From the IMG/VR virus record IMGVR_UViG_3300032093_000084: 64,000 bases of DNA; one strand, given 5' to 3'. The translations under genes were made by a program, and so were the position numbers. The DNA comes from an uncultured virus (IMG/VR IMGVR_UViG_3300032093_000084). Taxonomy: Duplodnaviria > Heunggongvirae > Uroviricota > Caudoviricetes. A model generated the notes under the pieces. It was not told the origin of the DNA. It saw only the letters and a list, made by a program, of their open reading frames with translations, and did no database searches. The stretch's first letter is position 1. The number at the start of each line of letters is the position of its first letter. This document shows, piece by piece, positions 36,636 through 46,500 of the stretch.

Positions 36636-37301
36636 ATGGGATATTTAGATAATTCTAGTGTTACAGTTGACGCAATTTTAACATTAAAGGGACGTGAACT
36701 TTTAGCTAAAGGTGGTAATGCATTTAACATTACACAATTTGCAGTAGGTGATGATGAAATTGATTATTCGTTATGGAATCCAGATCATCCACTAGGAACT
36801 GCATATTATGGTGTTATTATAGAAAACATGCCAGTAACTGAAGCAATTCCGGATGAAACTCAAGCATTAAAATATAAATTAGTAACATTACCAAAACAAA
36901 CAACTAATATTCCTGTTGTTAATGTTGGCAATACTTCTATTATATTAGCCGCTCCGGGAGATAGTTCGATTATTTCGCCAAATACAAGTAATTTCCAAGG
37001 CGGTAACTCTACATTAGGATATACAGCAATTCTTTCTGATTCAACAGTTGCAGACATACAAGTTACTAGAGCATTACAAAATTCAGTTCTTCCGACTACA
37101 CCTCGTTTCGTTGGCGATAATGAAGATGCACAAAGTGTAGCAGTAGCAGGATTTGAATTCCGTATTATTGGAAAAACTCAAATGCTTGAAGATAAAACTG
37201 CAACAATTACAATAATCGGAAATGAAACAGGTGGAAGCGTTACAATTAACTTAACCGTTAAGCGTGTAACAACTGCAACAGTTAATAGTGCAACTGCATA
37301 A
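36636..37301 (+). CDS. Baseplate/tail-collar structural protein
   Basis: AILTLKGRELLA...ITQFAVGDDEIDY. Confidence 0.6.
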   Translation: MGYLDNSSVTVDAILTLKGRELLAKGGNAFNITQFAVGDDEIDYSLWNPDHPLGTAYYGVIIENMPVTEAIPDETQALKYKLVTLPKQTTNIPVVNVGNTSIILAAPGDSSIISPNTSNFQGGNSTLGYTAILSDSTVADIQVTRALQNSVLPTTPRFVGDNEDAQSVAVAGFEFRIIGKTQMLEDKTATITIIGNETGGSVTINLTVKRVTTATVNSATA

Positions 37302-37312
37302 AAAAGGTAAAC

Positions 37313-38629
37313 ATGCAAATGAAAAATTTCATTAAAACATTAAAACAACAACCTAGACATGGGGGTGTACCATCAAATTTATTAGCTGCGGTTGGCCAAG
37401 CTAATCAAGCTACTAGAACACCAATTACACCAACGCCAGCACCTGCTGCAGCTGGCACGTCTGCAGCTTCTACTGCGGTAATTAACGAACAAGTAAGAAA
37501 TTTAGCTCAACAATTGGCTAATCAAATTATTGCAGAACGAGATCAATCACAGATATTAGCAAGAAATGGTCGTGTATTTACAAAGTTTGATCCAGTAAAT
37601 GATATTATATCAAATCAAACAGAAGTTGTTACTGCAGGTTTATGGAGTGACAATTTAGCAAGTTTAACGACATATTTTACAGCATCAACTCAAACAACGA
37701 CACAACGAAGATATTATGTTGATGTTTATCAAGAAACGCCTAGTGCAGAAGGTTCAGCTGTACAATTTTCATTAGCATTCGGGCACGCACTAGGAAGTGG
37801 TTCAGATTCACAAGGACAATTAAATGACTCTGCTGCAAAAGCAATTTATTCTCAATACAAACAATTATTATTGAATCCGTCAGATACTAGATTTACAACA
37901 GCCGGATCTGGAAGTACTGATTATATTTATGTAGTTAATTTTAAACGAGATAGAGTTAAAGAACGATTAGATGCGGGTAATTGGGAATTGCCATTAGTTT
38001 CAATTGCATCTCACGCTGTAAATGCAACGGGATCGGTTGTTACAGGTAGTGGCATTATACAATTGATTGATGATTCTTCAATTTCAACTGCAACAGTAGG
38101 AGATTCAGGAAAAATTTATAATATAGTGTCTGGTTCTATAGGCGCCGGCGTTTATAATCCAAGTGCTCCAGTTTATTATGGATTAGCATATCCAGACTTC
38201 GGAACGTTGATTTTAGATGGTAAAATGTTAGATCAACAATTGAATTTTGATACAAATGTAAGTTCTAGTTCGGAAGGTAATAATCATTTTATTTTATTTC
38301 ATTCAATATCAGGATCGGCAGTTTTTACAGATCCTGCAACATCTGATCCGTTTGGATTTCAAGCACGTAATTCTGAAAAAGTAACAAGTACGCATTATTT
38401 TGTAAGAATTAAAAATGCTGAATATAATTTTTCAAATAATCCTTCTTACGTAACTGGTTCAGTGGGACAAATTTCACAAACAACATTTGTTGGTGATCCT
38501 AAAACATATATTACTACAGTTGGTTTATATAATGACAGTCAAGAATTATTAGCTGTTGCTAAATTATCACAACCATTATTGAAATCATTTCAACGTGAAT
38601 CATTAATACGTGTTAAATTAGATTTTTAG
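37313..38629 (+). CDS. Tail/baseplate structural protein
   Basis: C-terminal YITTVGLYND..ELLAVAKLSQP..K...IRVKLDF. Confidence 0.65.
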   Translation: MQMKNFIKTLKQQPRHGGVPSNLLAAVGQANQATRTPITPTPAPAAAGTSAASTAVINEQVRNLAQQLANQIIAERDQSQILARNGRVFTKFDPVNDIISNQTEVVTAGLWSDNLASLTTYFTASTQTTTQRRYYVDVYQETPSAEGSAVQFSLAFGHALGSGSDSQGQLNDSAAKAIYSQYKQLLLNPSDTRFTTAGSGSTDYIYVVNFKRDRVKERLDAGNWELPLVSIASHAVNATGSVVTGSGIIQLIDDSSISTATVGDSGKIYNIVSGSIGAGVYNPSAPVYYGLAYPDFGTLILDGKMLDQQLNFDTNVSSSSEGNNHFILFHSISGSAVFTDPATSDPFGFQARNSEKVTSTHYFVRIKNAEYNFSNNPSYVTGSVGQISQTTFVGDPKTYITTVGLYNDSQELLAVAKLSQPLLKSFQRESLIRVKLDF

Positions 38630-38649
38630 ATTTTAAAATAACGTATATT

Positions 38650-38688
38650 TAAACCCTGTTATATTTATATTAAATGTAGCAGGGTTTA
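38650..38688 (+). promoter_or_regulatory. 18-bp hairpin containing late promoter and pairing with downstream RBS
   Basis: TAAACCCTGTTATATTTA-TAT-TAAATGTAGCAGGGTTTA. Confidence 0.7.
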
Positions 38689-38695
38689 TACTATC

Positions 38696-40276
38696 ATGTC
38701 TCTAATTAATATAGAAAATTCAAATCAATCGCCATATGATGGAGCATACCCATCTGTATTTAAAAAAATAGATATTTCAGATGTACGAGTAAATTCATTT
38801 CAATCTTATAAGAAATGGACATTATTATCTGGCAGTCTTACTAGTAGTGCATTACCGTTGCAAGGTATATATTCATCTATATTGCCAGCATTAGGATCTG
38901 AATTAACATATAATGATGCTAGTAATATTAATGGTAGTTTACAATCAGTAACATATTATTCTATTAATCATTTTTATTATAAAAATAAAAAAGAACCATT
39001 AAAAACTTTTGGACCGACCGATTTAACTAAAACTTCAAAATTTTTATATCAATCAGCTTCTATATTATCTATTCCACAAAATAAAATTGGAGAAGGTATT
39101 AAAGCTGCATCATTTTCATTTACGTCATCAGTATCTGGGTCATATGCATCGGATAGATATGGTAATATATACGATATTAATATTTTACCATCATCAATTA
39201 TATCCGGTGTTAAATTTTATGAAGGATTTAATGAATATTTTGACATTAATAGAATTGAATTTAATAAATGGGCAAATATAACATTTGAACCTGGTATTAC
39301 TACAACAAACGGTAGACAACTTCCTATAGGATTATCAAGTAAATTTTCGGGCACGGGATATATTGAAACGTCATTAGATGGTTATTATAATAGAAATAAT
39401 GATTATGCAATTTCATTTTTTATAACGGCATCTAATTCAACTGCAGATAATCAATTAATAATTGCAAAAGCAAGTTCATCAGTTGATCCAGTTTTTCCGT
39501 TTAAAGTTGAATTAAATTCTAACGATCAGATATTATTTACAGTAGGCGGCTCAACATCATTTACTACATTTATAAGTTCGTCAACAAATGTAACAAGTTC
39601 ATGGAATCATATTTTATGTCAAAAATCTGGTAGTTATATTCAATTATATGTTAATGGTACTTTAGAATCACAAGCAACAAGTACATTGCTGTATGACCCG
39701 ATGTCACCATTTAGTGCTTCAGCACGTATTGATAATGTACACCCACTTAAAATAGGGGGCTATGATGCTAGTAGTTACAATCTAACAGGCTATTTAGATG
39801 AAATTAGAGTCTTTAATAAGTCACTTACAACATCGCAGATAAGTGCGTTAAACGACCGAACTGAGGGTGGTACTGTTTTACAAACTAGAAATGTAGGTAA
39901 TGTTTTTAGTAAACAAGGCATTATTGTATTTTCTAGTCCAGATTATAGAATACATGATATTTTAAAAACCCCGTATACTGCATCATATCGTAGTACTGTT
40001 AGTATTCATGAATTAAGCATATTATCAAAAATTGATGCCGGCGATTTTAATATGTCAACAAATATTACATTAACACAAGATAATGATCAAACATATTATT
40101 CATTTGTATCCGGTAGTGATTTTTCTCCATATATTACTACGATTGGTTTATATAACGATTTCGGACAATTGTTAGCAGTTGCAAAATTAGCACAACCGAT
40201 TAAAAAACGTAGCGATGTTGATATGAACTTTTTAATACGTTTAGATTTGGACAATAATATTGTATTTAAAGGATAA
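38696..40276 (+). CDS. LamG/concanavalin A-like domain tail protein
   Basis: ISFFI, WNHI, LYVNG, IGG...GYLDEIRVFNKSLT; C-terminus paralogous to 37313 gene. Confidence 0.8.
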   Translation: MSLINIENSNQSPYDGAYPSVFKKIDISDVRVNSFQSYKKWTLLSGSLTSSALPLQGIYSSILPALGSELTYNDASNINGSLQSVTYYSINHFYYKNKKEPLKTFGPTDLTKTSKFLYQSASILSIPQNKIGEGIKAASFSFTSSVSGSYASDRYGNIYDINILPSSIISGVKFYEGFNEYFDINRIEFNKWANITFEPGITTTNGRQLPIGLSSKFSGTGYIETSLDGYYNRNNDYAISFFITASNSTADNQLIIAKASSSVDPVFPFKVELNSNDQILFTVGGSTSFTTFISSSTNVTSSWNHILCQKSGSYIQLYVNGTLESQATSTLLYDPMSPFSASARIDNVHPLKIGGYDASSYNLTGYLDEIRVFNKSLTTSQISALNDRTEGGTVLQTRNVGNVFSKQGIIVFSSPDYRIHDILKTPYTASYRSTVSIHELSILSKIDAGDFNMSTNITLTQDNDQTYYSFVSGSDFSPYITTIGLYNDFGQLLAVAKLAQPIKKRSDVDMNFLIRLDLDNNIVFKG

Positions 40277-40815
40277 TGATGATACGATTAAAACAACTTC
40301 TTCGCGAAATGTCTGAAAAAGATTTAGATCGTTGTTTAGATAAAATACGAAACAAACAATTTCGTTTTATAGCAGCAGGCGACAATGGCAGAGTTTACGA
40401 AATTGATGGAGAAGATAAAACATTTAAAATCACTAAAGAACAAGATGAATATGAAGTTGCAGATATTATTGTAAATCGCTATAATGAATTTACAACATTT
40501 ATTCCAGTATATTATGTTGACGGTAAAAACATGTATATAATGGCGAATGCTTCAGAATTACCAATACGCATTAAAAAATCAATTGATATGTTTATGCAAG
40601 ATTTTGTTTTGTTTGCTCGCGACGAAGGCGGCGAAGTTTCTATATTTGATTTTATTTCCGAAACTGATAGTTTAGATCCGATACTAGATAATTTTTTAAA
40701 TGCATTATATGAAGATGTTAAAAAGTTAAATATTCCGGAATTTGATTTAGATATTGATTTTCGTTCAGAAAACATCATGATGTGGAATGGTAAAATGGTA
40801 ATGGTTGATTGGTGA
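40276..40815 (+). CDS. Minimal protein-kinase-like enzyme with MIRLKQLLRE leader
   Basis: AAGDNGRVY loop, FKIT lysine, DEYE, DFRSENIM catalytic loop, terminal VMVDW. Confidence 0.7.
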   Translation: MMIRLKQLLREMSEKDLDRCLDKIRNKQFRFIAAGDNGRVYEIDGEDKTFKITKEQDEYEVADIIVNRYNEFTTFIPVYYVDGKNMYIMANASELPIRIKKSIDMFMQDFVLFARDEGGEVSIFDFISETDSLDPILDNFLNALYEDVKKLNIPEFDLDIDFRSENIMMWNGKMVMVDW

Positions 40816-40846
40816 TACATATTTATATAATATATTAGGTTAAAAC

Positions 40847-41731
40847 ATGAAAAAAGATATTTTAGAACATATAATTGAAAATGTTTTATTAGAACGTGTA
40901 CGTAAAGCAATTGCTGTAAATGCATCTAAAAAAGAAGTAGAACAAGCAAAAGCAGGTGGAGCTGTGGCAGTTGCTACTGTAAAAATCAAGGGTAAAGGAT
41001 CATTTAATGAAATTACAAGTAATATATTTAGTGCAATTTCAGCGACACCGCAAGTAGGTATTAGATCGAAATATGCTTATGGTTTAGGCCCAGATTATTA
41101 TGTATATGTATATGCAAAGCCGTTAATAAATGTTCGTAAACAAAGAATTCCAGTCTGGATTTATAAATTTACTAAACCATTTAAAATACAAGGTAATGTA
41201 TCCTCAGTTGAATATGAAATATATACAGGCCTATTTGATTTAGGTGAGTCGCCAATGATGTCGAAAACAACATTTGAAGAAGTATTAAAAAAGCAAGATA
41301 TGTGGGAACAAGAGGCAATAAAATTGCAGCAGCTTCAAGCACAAGAAGAAACAGAAGAAGATGAAAAGATTAATACAGCTAATGCAGCACTAGCTAAACG
41401 ACAAGAATGGTTAGATCAAAATGACACCGAAAATGTAACTTTTCCATATGCTTGGCATACGTATGATTTAGCTAAAAATCAACAATTATATAATGTATAT
41501 AAAGAAACTATCTTAGATAATGTACCGTATTTATATTTTTATGAAAAACAAAATGATATATTTTTCGTTATGAAACGTATTGATCAATTTTTGCCAACAA
41601 TTATAAAAGAACAATTGAAACCTAATTTTTCCGGTGTTGAATGGCAAAAATTATGGGATCAAATTGATATATCAACAGTTACACCAGAAGAAAATACTAA
41701 ATTACAAGCAATTTATCAAAAAGAAAAATAA
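40847..41731 (+). CDS. Hypothetical late protein
   Basis: 294 aa after ATATTTAT; IIENVLLE N-terminus. Confidence 0.75.
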   Translation: MKKDILEHIIENVLLERVRKAIAVNASKKEVEQAKAGGAVAVATVKIKGKGSFNEITSNIFSAISATPQVGIRSKYAYGLGPDYYVYVYAKPLINVRKQRIPVWIYKFTKPFKIQGNVSSVEYEIYTGLFDLGESPMMSKTTFEEVLKKQDMWEQEAIKLQQLQAQEETEEDEKINTANAALAKRQEWLDQNDTENVTFPYAWHTYDLAKNQQLYNVYKETILDNVPYLYFYEKQNDIFFVMKRIDQFLPTIIKEQLKPNFSGVEWQKLWDQIDISTVTPEENTKLQAIYQKEK

Positions 41732-41737
41732 TTAGTT

Positions 41738-42217
41738 ATGCGAAAAAATCATTTTCATAGTTCTGGAAATTCTAAACGAGCTAACGCATTAAAACATGGT
41801 TACAAATCTGGCTTAGAATTATCTGTGTCAATGCAAATAAATCAAACAGATTATCCTTTAAATTATGAGACGGAAACACTAAAATATGTAGTACCAGAAC
41901 GCAAAGCAAAATATACTCCAGATTTTGTATTTATAAAACAGAATAGTGAAATTATGTACATTGAAACGAAAGGCCGTTGGACTACGATTGATCGAACTAA
42001 GATGAAACATGTTTTAGCATCAAATCCTGGAATTGATATTAGAATGGTATTTCAGAATCCGGGGCAAAAAATTACAAAGGGTTCGCCAACTACATATGAA
42101 GCATATGCTAAAAAATTAGGTATTCAACATGTTGCAAAGAAAGATATTCCAAGTGAATGGCTTGAAGAATGTTTGAAAAAAGGCGAAGAACCAAAAAAAG
42201 TTATAAAATTCTTTTGA
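41738..42217 (+). CDS. Endonuclease I-like Holliday junction resolvase
   Basis: YKSGLE, YE...KY, YTPDF, IETKGR, DIRMVF as in T7 gp3 family. Confidence 0.88.
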   Translation: MRKNHFHSSGNSKRANALKHGYKSGLELSVSMQINQTDYPLNYETETLKYVVPERKAKYTPDFVFIKQNSEIMYIETKGRWTTIDRTKMKHVLASNPGIDIRMVFQNPGQKITKGSPTTYEAYAKKLGIQHVAKKDIPSEWLEECLKKGEEPKKVIKFF

Positions 42218-42241
42218 TTTACGAAAAATTTTTAATATATT
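42214..42241 (+). promoter_or_regulatory. Middle-type promoter facing non-coding AT-rich region
   Basis: TTGATT-16nt-TATATT; close match to 21701-21728. Confidence 0.5.
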
Positions 42242-42353
42242 GTTCATGTATTAATGAAATTTATTTTATTAATAGATTGATGAATTTATTGAATCGATCG
42301 TTAAGCCAGGAATGTAATGTATGTGCTTAACTAATATTAATTTATTATATTAA

Positions 42354-42382
42354 TTGGAATCCTTACAGAATTTTATTATTAT
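42354..42382 (+). promoter_or_regulatory. Middle-type promoter for primase
   Basis: TTGGAA-17nt-TATTAT, 7 nt before ATG. Confidence 0.6.
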
Positions 42383-42389
42383 TTAAATA

Positions 42390-43334
42390 ATGAAGAATCT
42401 TAAGTTATTGCAATTACTCGAATCAGTATTAGGTAAAGGAAAATCTACTTCTGGTAATAATATTGCATTCTTCTCCCCATTTACTTCACATTACAAGCCG
42501 AAATTAGAAATTGATATCAATACAACACATTCCGGCGAAAATGCTTGGCACTGTTGGATATCTGATAAAAAAGGTCGATCTATTTCTAGTTTGTTTAAGC
42601 AAATGAACTTGCCTAAACAATATCATGAACAATTAGAACGCATTGTGCAATCATCTCGTTATCGAACTCAAGAAGAAACAAAACGAGAAAATGCTAGTAT
42701 ACAATTGCCGCAAGATTATATTCCATTATGGAAACCAAAGAAAACTCCTGATTATAGAAATGCAATTTCATATTTAAAAAATCGAGGAGTAACAATGTTT
42801 GATATTTTAAAGTATCGAATTGGTTATTGTGAAAACGGAGAATATTCTGGTAAAATAATCATACCAAGTTATGACGATGCGGGACAATTAAATTATTTTG
42901 TTAGCCGAGCTTTTTATAAGGCGGATAAACAAAAACATAAGAATCCTAAAATTTCAAAAGATATTATTGGTTTTGATTTAACTATCAATTGGAATGAACC
43001 GATTATTCTTTGTGAAGGTGCTTTTGATGCAATTGCAATAAAACGCAATGCTATTCCATTATTTGGAAAAATCATTCAACCAGCTTTACAAAAAAAGATT
43101 ATAGAAAAACGAGTACGAGACATTTACATTTGTTTAGATGCCGATGCATTAAAGAATGCAATTCAAATTGCAGAACGATTCATGGCAGAAGGATTAAATG
43201 TACATTTCGTAGAATTACAGGATGCAGATGCATCTGAATTAGGATTCGAACGTATTCGCGAAATATTAAATGATACAGATATTTTAACTTTTGAGGGCAT
43301 AATGCAACTCAAAATGGGCATGTTATGGACATAA
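42390..43334 (+). CDS. DNA primase (DnaG-like Toprim)
   Basis: YLKNRG, IIIPSYD, LCEGAFDA, CLDADA motifs. Confidence 0.88.
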   Translation: MKNLKLLQLLESVLGKGKSTSGNNIAFFSPFTSHYKPKLEIDINTTHSGENAWHCWISDKKGRSISSLFKQMNLPKQYHEQLERIVQSSRYRTQEETKRENASIQLPQDYIPLWKPKKTPDYRNAISYLKNRGVTMFDILKYRIGYCENGEYSGKIIIPSYDDAGQLNYFVSRAFYKADKQKHKNPKISKDIIGFDLTINWNEPIILCEGAFDAIAIKRNAIPLFGKIIQPALQKKIIEKRVRDIYICLDADALKNAIQIAERFMAEGLNVHFVELQDADASELGFERIREILNDTDILTFEGIMQLKMGMLWT

Positions 43335-46300
43335 GACACATAGACACTAGTATTGAAAAAATTGACAAAATATTCCACATTTCAGATGTGCATATTCGTA
43401 CATTGAAACGACATAAAGAATATCGTCAAGTATTTGAAAATTTATTCAATTACATTGAAACTCACGCAACTGAAAATAGTGTTGCAGTAGTTACCGGAGA
43501 TATCGTTCATAGCAAATTAGATATGTCACCGGAGCTAGTTCAAATGCTTGTAGATTTTTTCAATGGATTTACAATTCCTACTGTTGTTATTTTAGGTAAT
43601 CATGATATGAACCTAAATAATATGCACCGTGTAGATGCAGTCTCGCCTGTCTTAGATGTTATCAAGAATCCTAATATACATTTTATTAAAGAAAATGGTT
43701 TATTTGAATTAGGCGGTGCTACATGGAATCATATGGCGGTTGATAAGACACCTGCAGATTATATTCGTGCAAAAGATTTTGATGCTACATATAAAATTGC
43801 AATGCACCATGGTGCAGTAAATACTGCTAAAACAGATATTGGTTATCAAATATCAAATGAACATGTTGGCGTCGATTTGTTCGAAGGACACGACATTACA
43901 TTATTAGGAGATATTCATAAACCAGCACAATTTTTAGATGCCGAAAAACGAATTGCATATCCTGGTTCATTGATTCAACAAAATCATGGCGAAGCATTGA
44001 TACATGGGATATTAGTTTGGGATCTAGAACGATGCACTGCAGATTTTGCTGAAATTGAAAATGAATATGGGTATGTGACAATTGAAACGCAAGGTGCTTC
44101 AATTGTCAATGCTCCAGCACGTATGCCACAACGTCCTAGGATTCGTATTAAATTTAATGATACTTCTGCGGCAGATATGAAAAAACTTATTGCATCGTTA
44201 CGCAAAAAGTATTCTGTAGAAGACATTACAATTCAAAGAACAATTGGTAGTGCAGCAACTGCAGCTTCTTCATCATTAGCAATAGGCAATGTACGAGATG
44301 TTGAATATCAAAATACATTGTTAACAGAATTCATTGATAATCATTTTCCACAAGCAACGCCAGCTGAAATCGATGCAATTCGTCATATTAATAGAACTAT
44401 CAATTCAAAACTACCTGCAGTAGAATCAGTTCGACACACAACATGGCATCCTATATCTTTTGAATTTGATAACATGTTTTCATATGGCGAAGGTAATATT
44501 TTAAATTTTGAAAATCTGCAAGATGTATGTGGTTTATTTGCCGCAAATACATCTGGTAAGTCTTCATTGCTTGATGCAATTACTTATACTATTTTCGATA
44601 AATGTAGTAAAACAGGTAAAGCAAATGAAGTATTAAACAATAAAAAAACATGGTTCCGAGGCACATTTAAATTTGAAATGAATGGCACGGTATATACTAT
44701 TGAAAGACGTGGCACTCAAAATAAGAAAAAAGAAACACACGTTAAAGTAGATGTTGATTTTTATACTGAATCAGAAAATTTAAATGGAGAAGAGCGTAGT
44801 GAGACAAATAAAAATATTCGTCGTTACTTAGGTACATATGATGATTTTATTTTAACTGCATTTTCGTTGCAAGCTGACAACAATAATTTTATTGAAAAGT
44901 CTCAACGAGAAAGAAAAGACTTGCTATCGCAATTTTTAGATATTACAGTATTTGAACAACTTTACCAACTTGCTGCAGATGAAATTAAAGAAACTGCAGG
45001 TAAATTGAAAGAATACAAGAAAACGGACTTTGCACAAATTATAATAGAAGCTGATGCTATTATAAATGAAAACCATGATACTATTCAATCATTAGAAACT
45101 GAAGAAGATAAATTGCAAGAATATAGAAATGACTTACAAAATCGAATCGTTGAACTTATTGAATCTAAACTTCCAACTACATATGATGGTCCAGATATTA
45201 AAATATTAGAACAACAAGAAACTGTATTAGTTGATAAAATTGAAACGTTACAATCTGATATTGAAACGGCAGAACAAACAATTTTTGAATTGAAGCAACA
45301 AAATGCTTCACAAAAGTCTCTTATTCAATCTCAATACAATTTAACAGAAATACAAACAAATATTGAAACGCATAAAAAACTAATTGAACAGCATAATGAT
45401 ATTAATGCGCGCATAAAAGAACAACAAGGAATAATTGATGCAAAAGAACGAAAAATTAAGCATCTTGAATCTCATGAATATGATCCGAACTGCAAATACT
45501 GTACATCTAACGTTTTTGTGCAAGATGCAATCGAAGCCCAGGATACGATTGATCAAGATAGAGCAATATTAACAGAATTAGAACGACAGTTTGATGAATT
45601 AGAAACAGAAATAGAATTAGTTTCAATATATCAAGTTCAATATGATGAATTAACACAATATTCTCAGACTATTAAATCAACAGCAACTAATATTGAACGA
45701 AAAGAACTTCAACTACAACTTGCAGAATCTGAATTACAAACTCGAGAATCTGAATTAGAAACGGTATTAGAACGACAAGATTTATTTAGAAAAAATGAAA
45801 CAGCAATCAGCCATAACAAATTAATTGATACTAAAATTACTTTATGTAAAGATGATATTGAAATGTATACGGAAGACATAAAAGAAATTCAATCACAAAT
45901 TAAATCACTCTTCGGCGCAATTGAAGTTGCAAAAACTAAACGCAGCACAGCAATGACGCAATTAGATTCATATCGTCAACTTGAAACTGAATATAAAGCA
46001 TATGAATATTATTTAGATGCAGTGAAGCGCGATGGCGTACCTTATGAAATAGTTGCAAAAGCTCTTCCTAAAATTGAATCTGAAATAAATAATGTACTCA
46101 ATCAAATAGTTGATTTCAATATGGTATTGAATACGGATGGTAAAAATATTAATGGATATATTATTTACGATGAAGATAACTATTGGCCATTAGAATTAAC
46201 AAGTGGCATGGAACGATTTATTTCATCTTTAGCAATTCGCATAGCACTTATCAATGTATCTGCATTACCTCGTCCAAATTTTATTGCAATTGATGAAGGT

Positions 46301-46474
46301 TGGGGAAGTTTAGATTCAGAACACATCTCATCAGTAGTAAATTTATTTGATTATTTCAGAACTAAATTTGATTTCTCAATTATTATTTCACACGTTGATT
46401 CTATGCGTGATATGGTTGATAATTTAATCGAAGTAAACAAGACAAACGGTTTTAGCCAGATTCATCACTCGTAA
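43325..46474 (+). CDS. Fused Mre11/SbcD nuclease - Rad50/SbcC ATPase (gp47-gp46-like)
   Basis: SDVH, GDIVH, GNHD, GDIH phosphoesterase motifs; NTSGKS, CKYC hook, SGME, IDEG, ISH. Confidence 0.92.
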   Translation: MDIRHIDTSIEKIDKIFHISDVHIRTLKRHKEYRQVFENLFNYIETHATENSVAVVTGDIVHSKLDMSPELVQMLVDFFNGFTIPTVVILGNHDMNLNNMHRVDAVSPVLDVIKNPNIHFIKENGLFELGGATWNHMAVDKTPADYIRAKDFDATYKIAMHHGAVNTAKTDIGYQISNEHVGVDLFEGHDITLLGDIHKPAQFLDAEKRIAYPGSLIQQNHGEALIHGILVWDLERCTADFAEIENEYGYVTIETQGASIVNAPARMPQRPRIRIKFNDTSAADMKKLIASLRKKYSVEDITIQRTIGSAATAASSSLAIGNVRDVEYQNTLLTEFIDNHFPQATPAEIDAIRHINRTINSKLPAVESVRHTTWHPISFEFDNMFSYGEGNILNFENLQDVCGLFAANTSGKSSLLDAITYTIFDKCSKTGKANEVLNNKKTWFRGTFKFEMNGTVYTIERRGTQNKKKETHVKVDVDFYTESENLNGEERSETNKNIRRYLGTYDDFILTAFSLQADNNNFIEKSQRERKDLLSQFLDITVFEQLYQLAADEIKETAGKLKEYKKTDFAQIIIEADAIINENHDTIQSLETEEDKLQEYRNDLQNRIVELIESKLPTTYDGPDIKILEQQETVLVDKIETLQSDIETAEQTIFELKQQNASQKSLIQSQYNLTEIQTNIETHKKLIEQHNDINARIKEQQGIIDAKERKIKHLESHEYDPNCKYCTSNVFVQDAIEAQDTIDQDRAILTELERQFDELETEIELVSIYQVQYDELTQYSQTIKSTATNIERKELQLQLAESELQTRESELETVLERQDLFRKNETAISHNKLIDTKITLCKDDIEMYTEDIKEIQSQIKSLFGAIEVAKTKRSTAMTQLDSYRQLETEYKAYEYYLDAVKRDGVPYEIVAKALPKIESEINNVLNQIVDFNMVLNTDGKNINGYIIYDEDNYWPLELTSGMERFISSLAIRIALINVSALPRPNFIAIDEGWGSLDSEHISSVVNLFDYFRTKFDFSIIISHVDSMRDMVDNLIEVNKTNGFSQIHHS

Positions 46475-46500
46475 TATTTATATAAAAGAATATATCGTGC

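Noticed and set aside
37313..38629. Tail sheath protein
   Set aside because: Lacks the T4 gp18-type PGV N-terminus and conserved C-terminal motifs; sheath, tube and tape measure appear to lie outside the window
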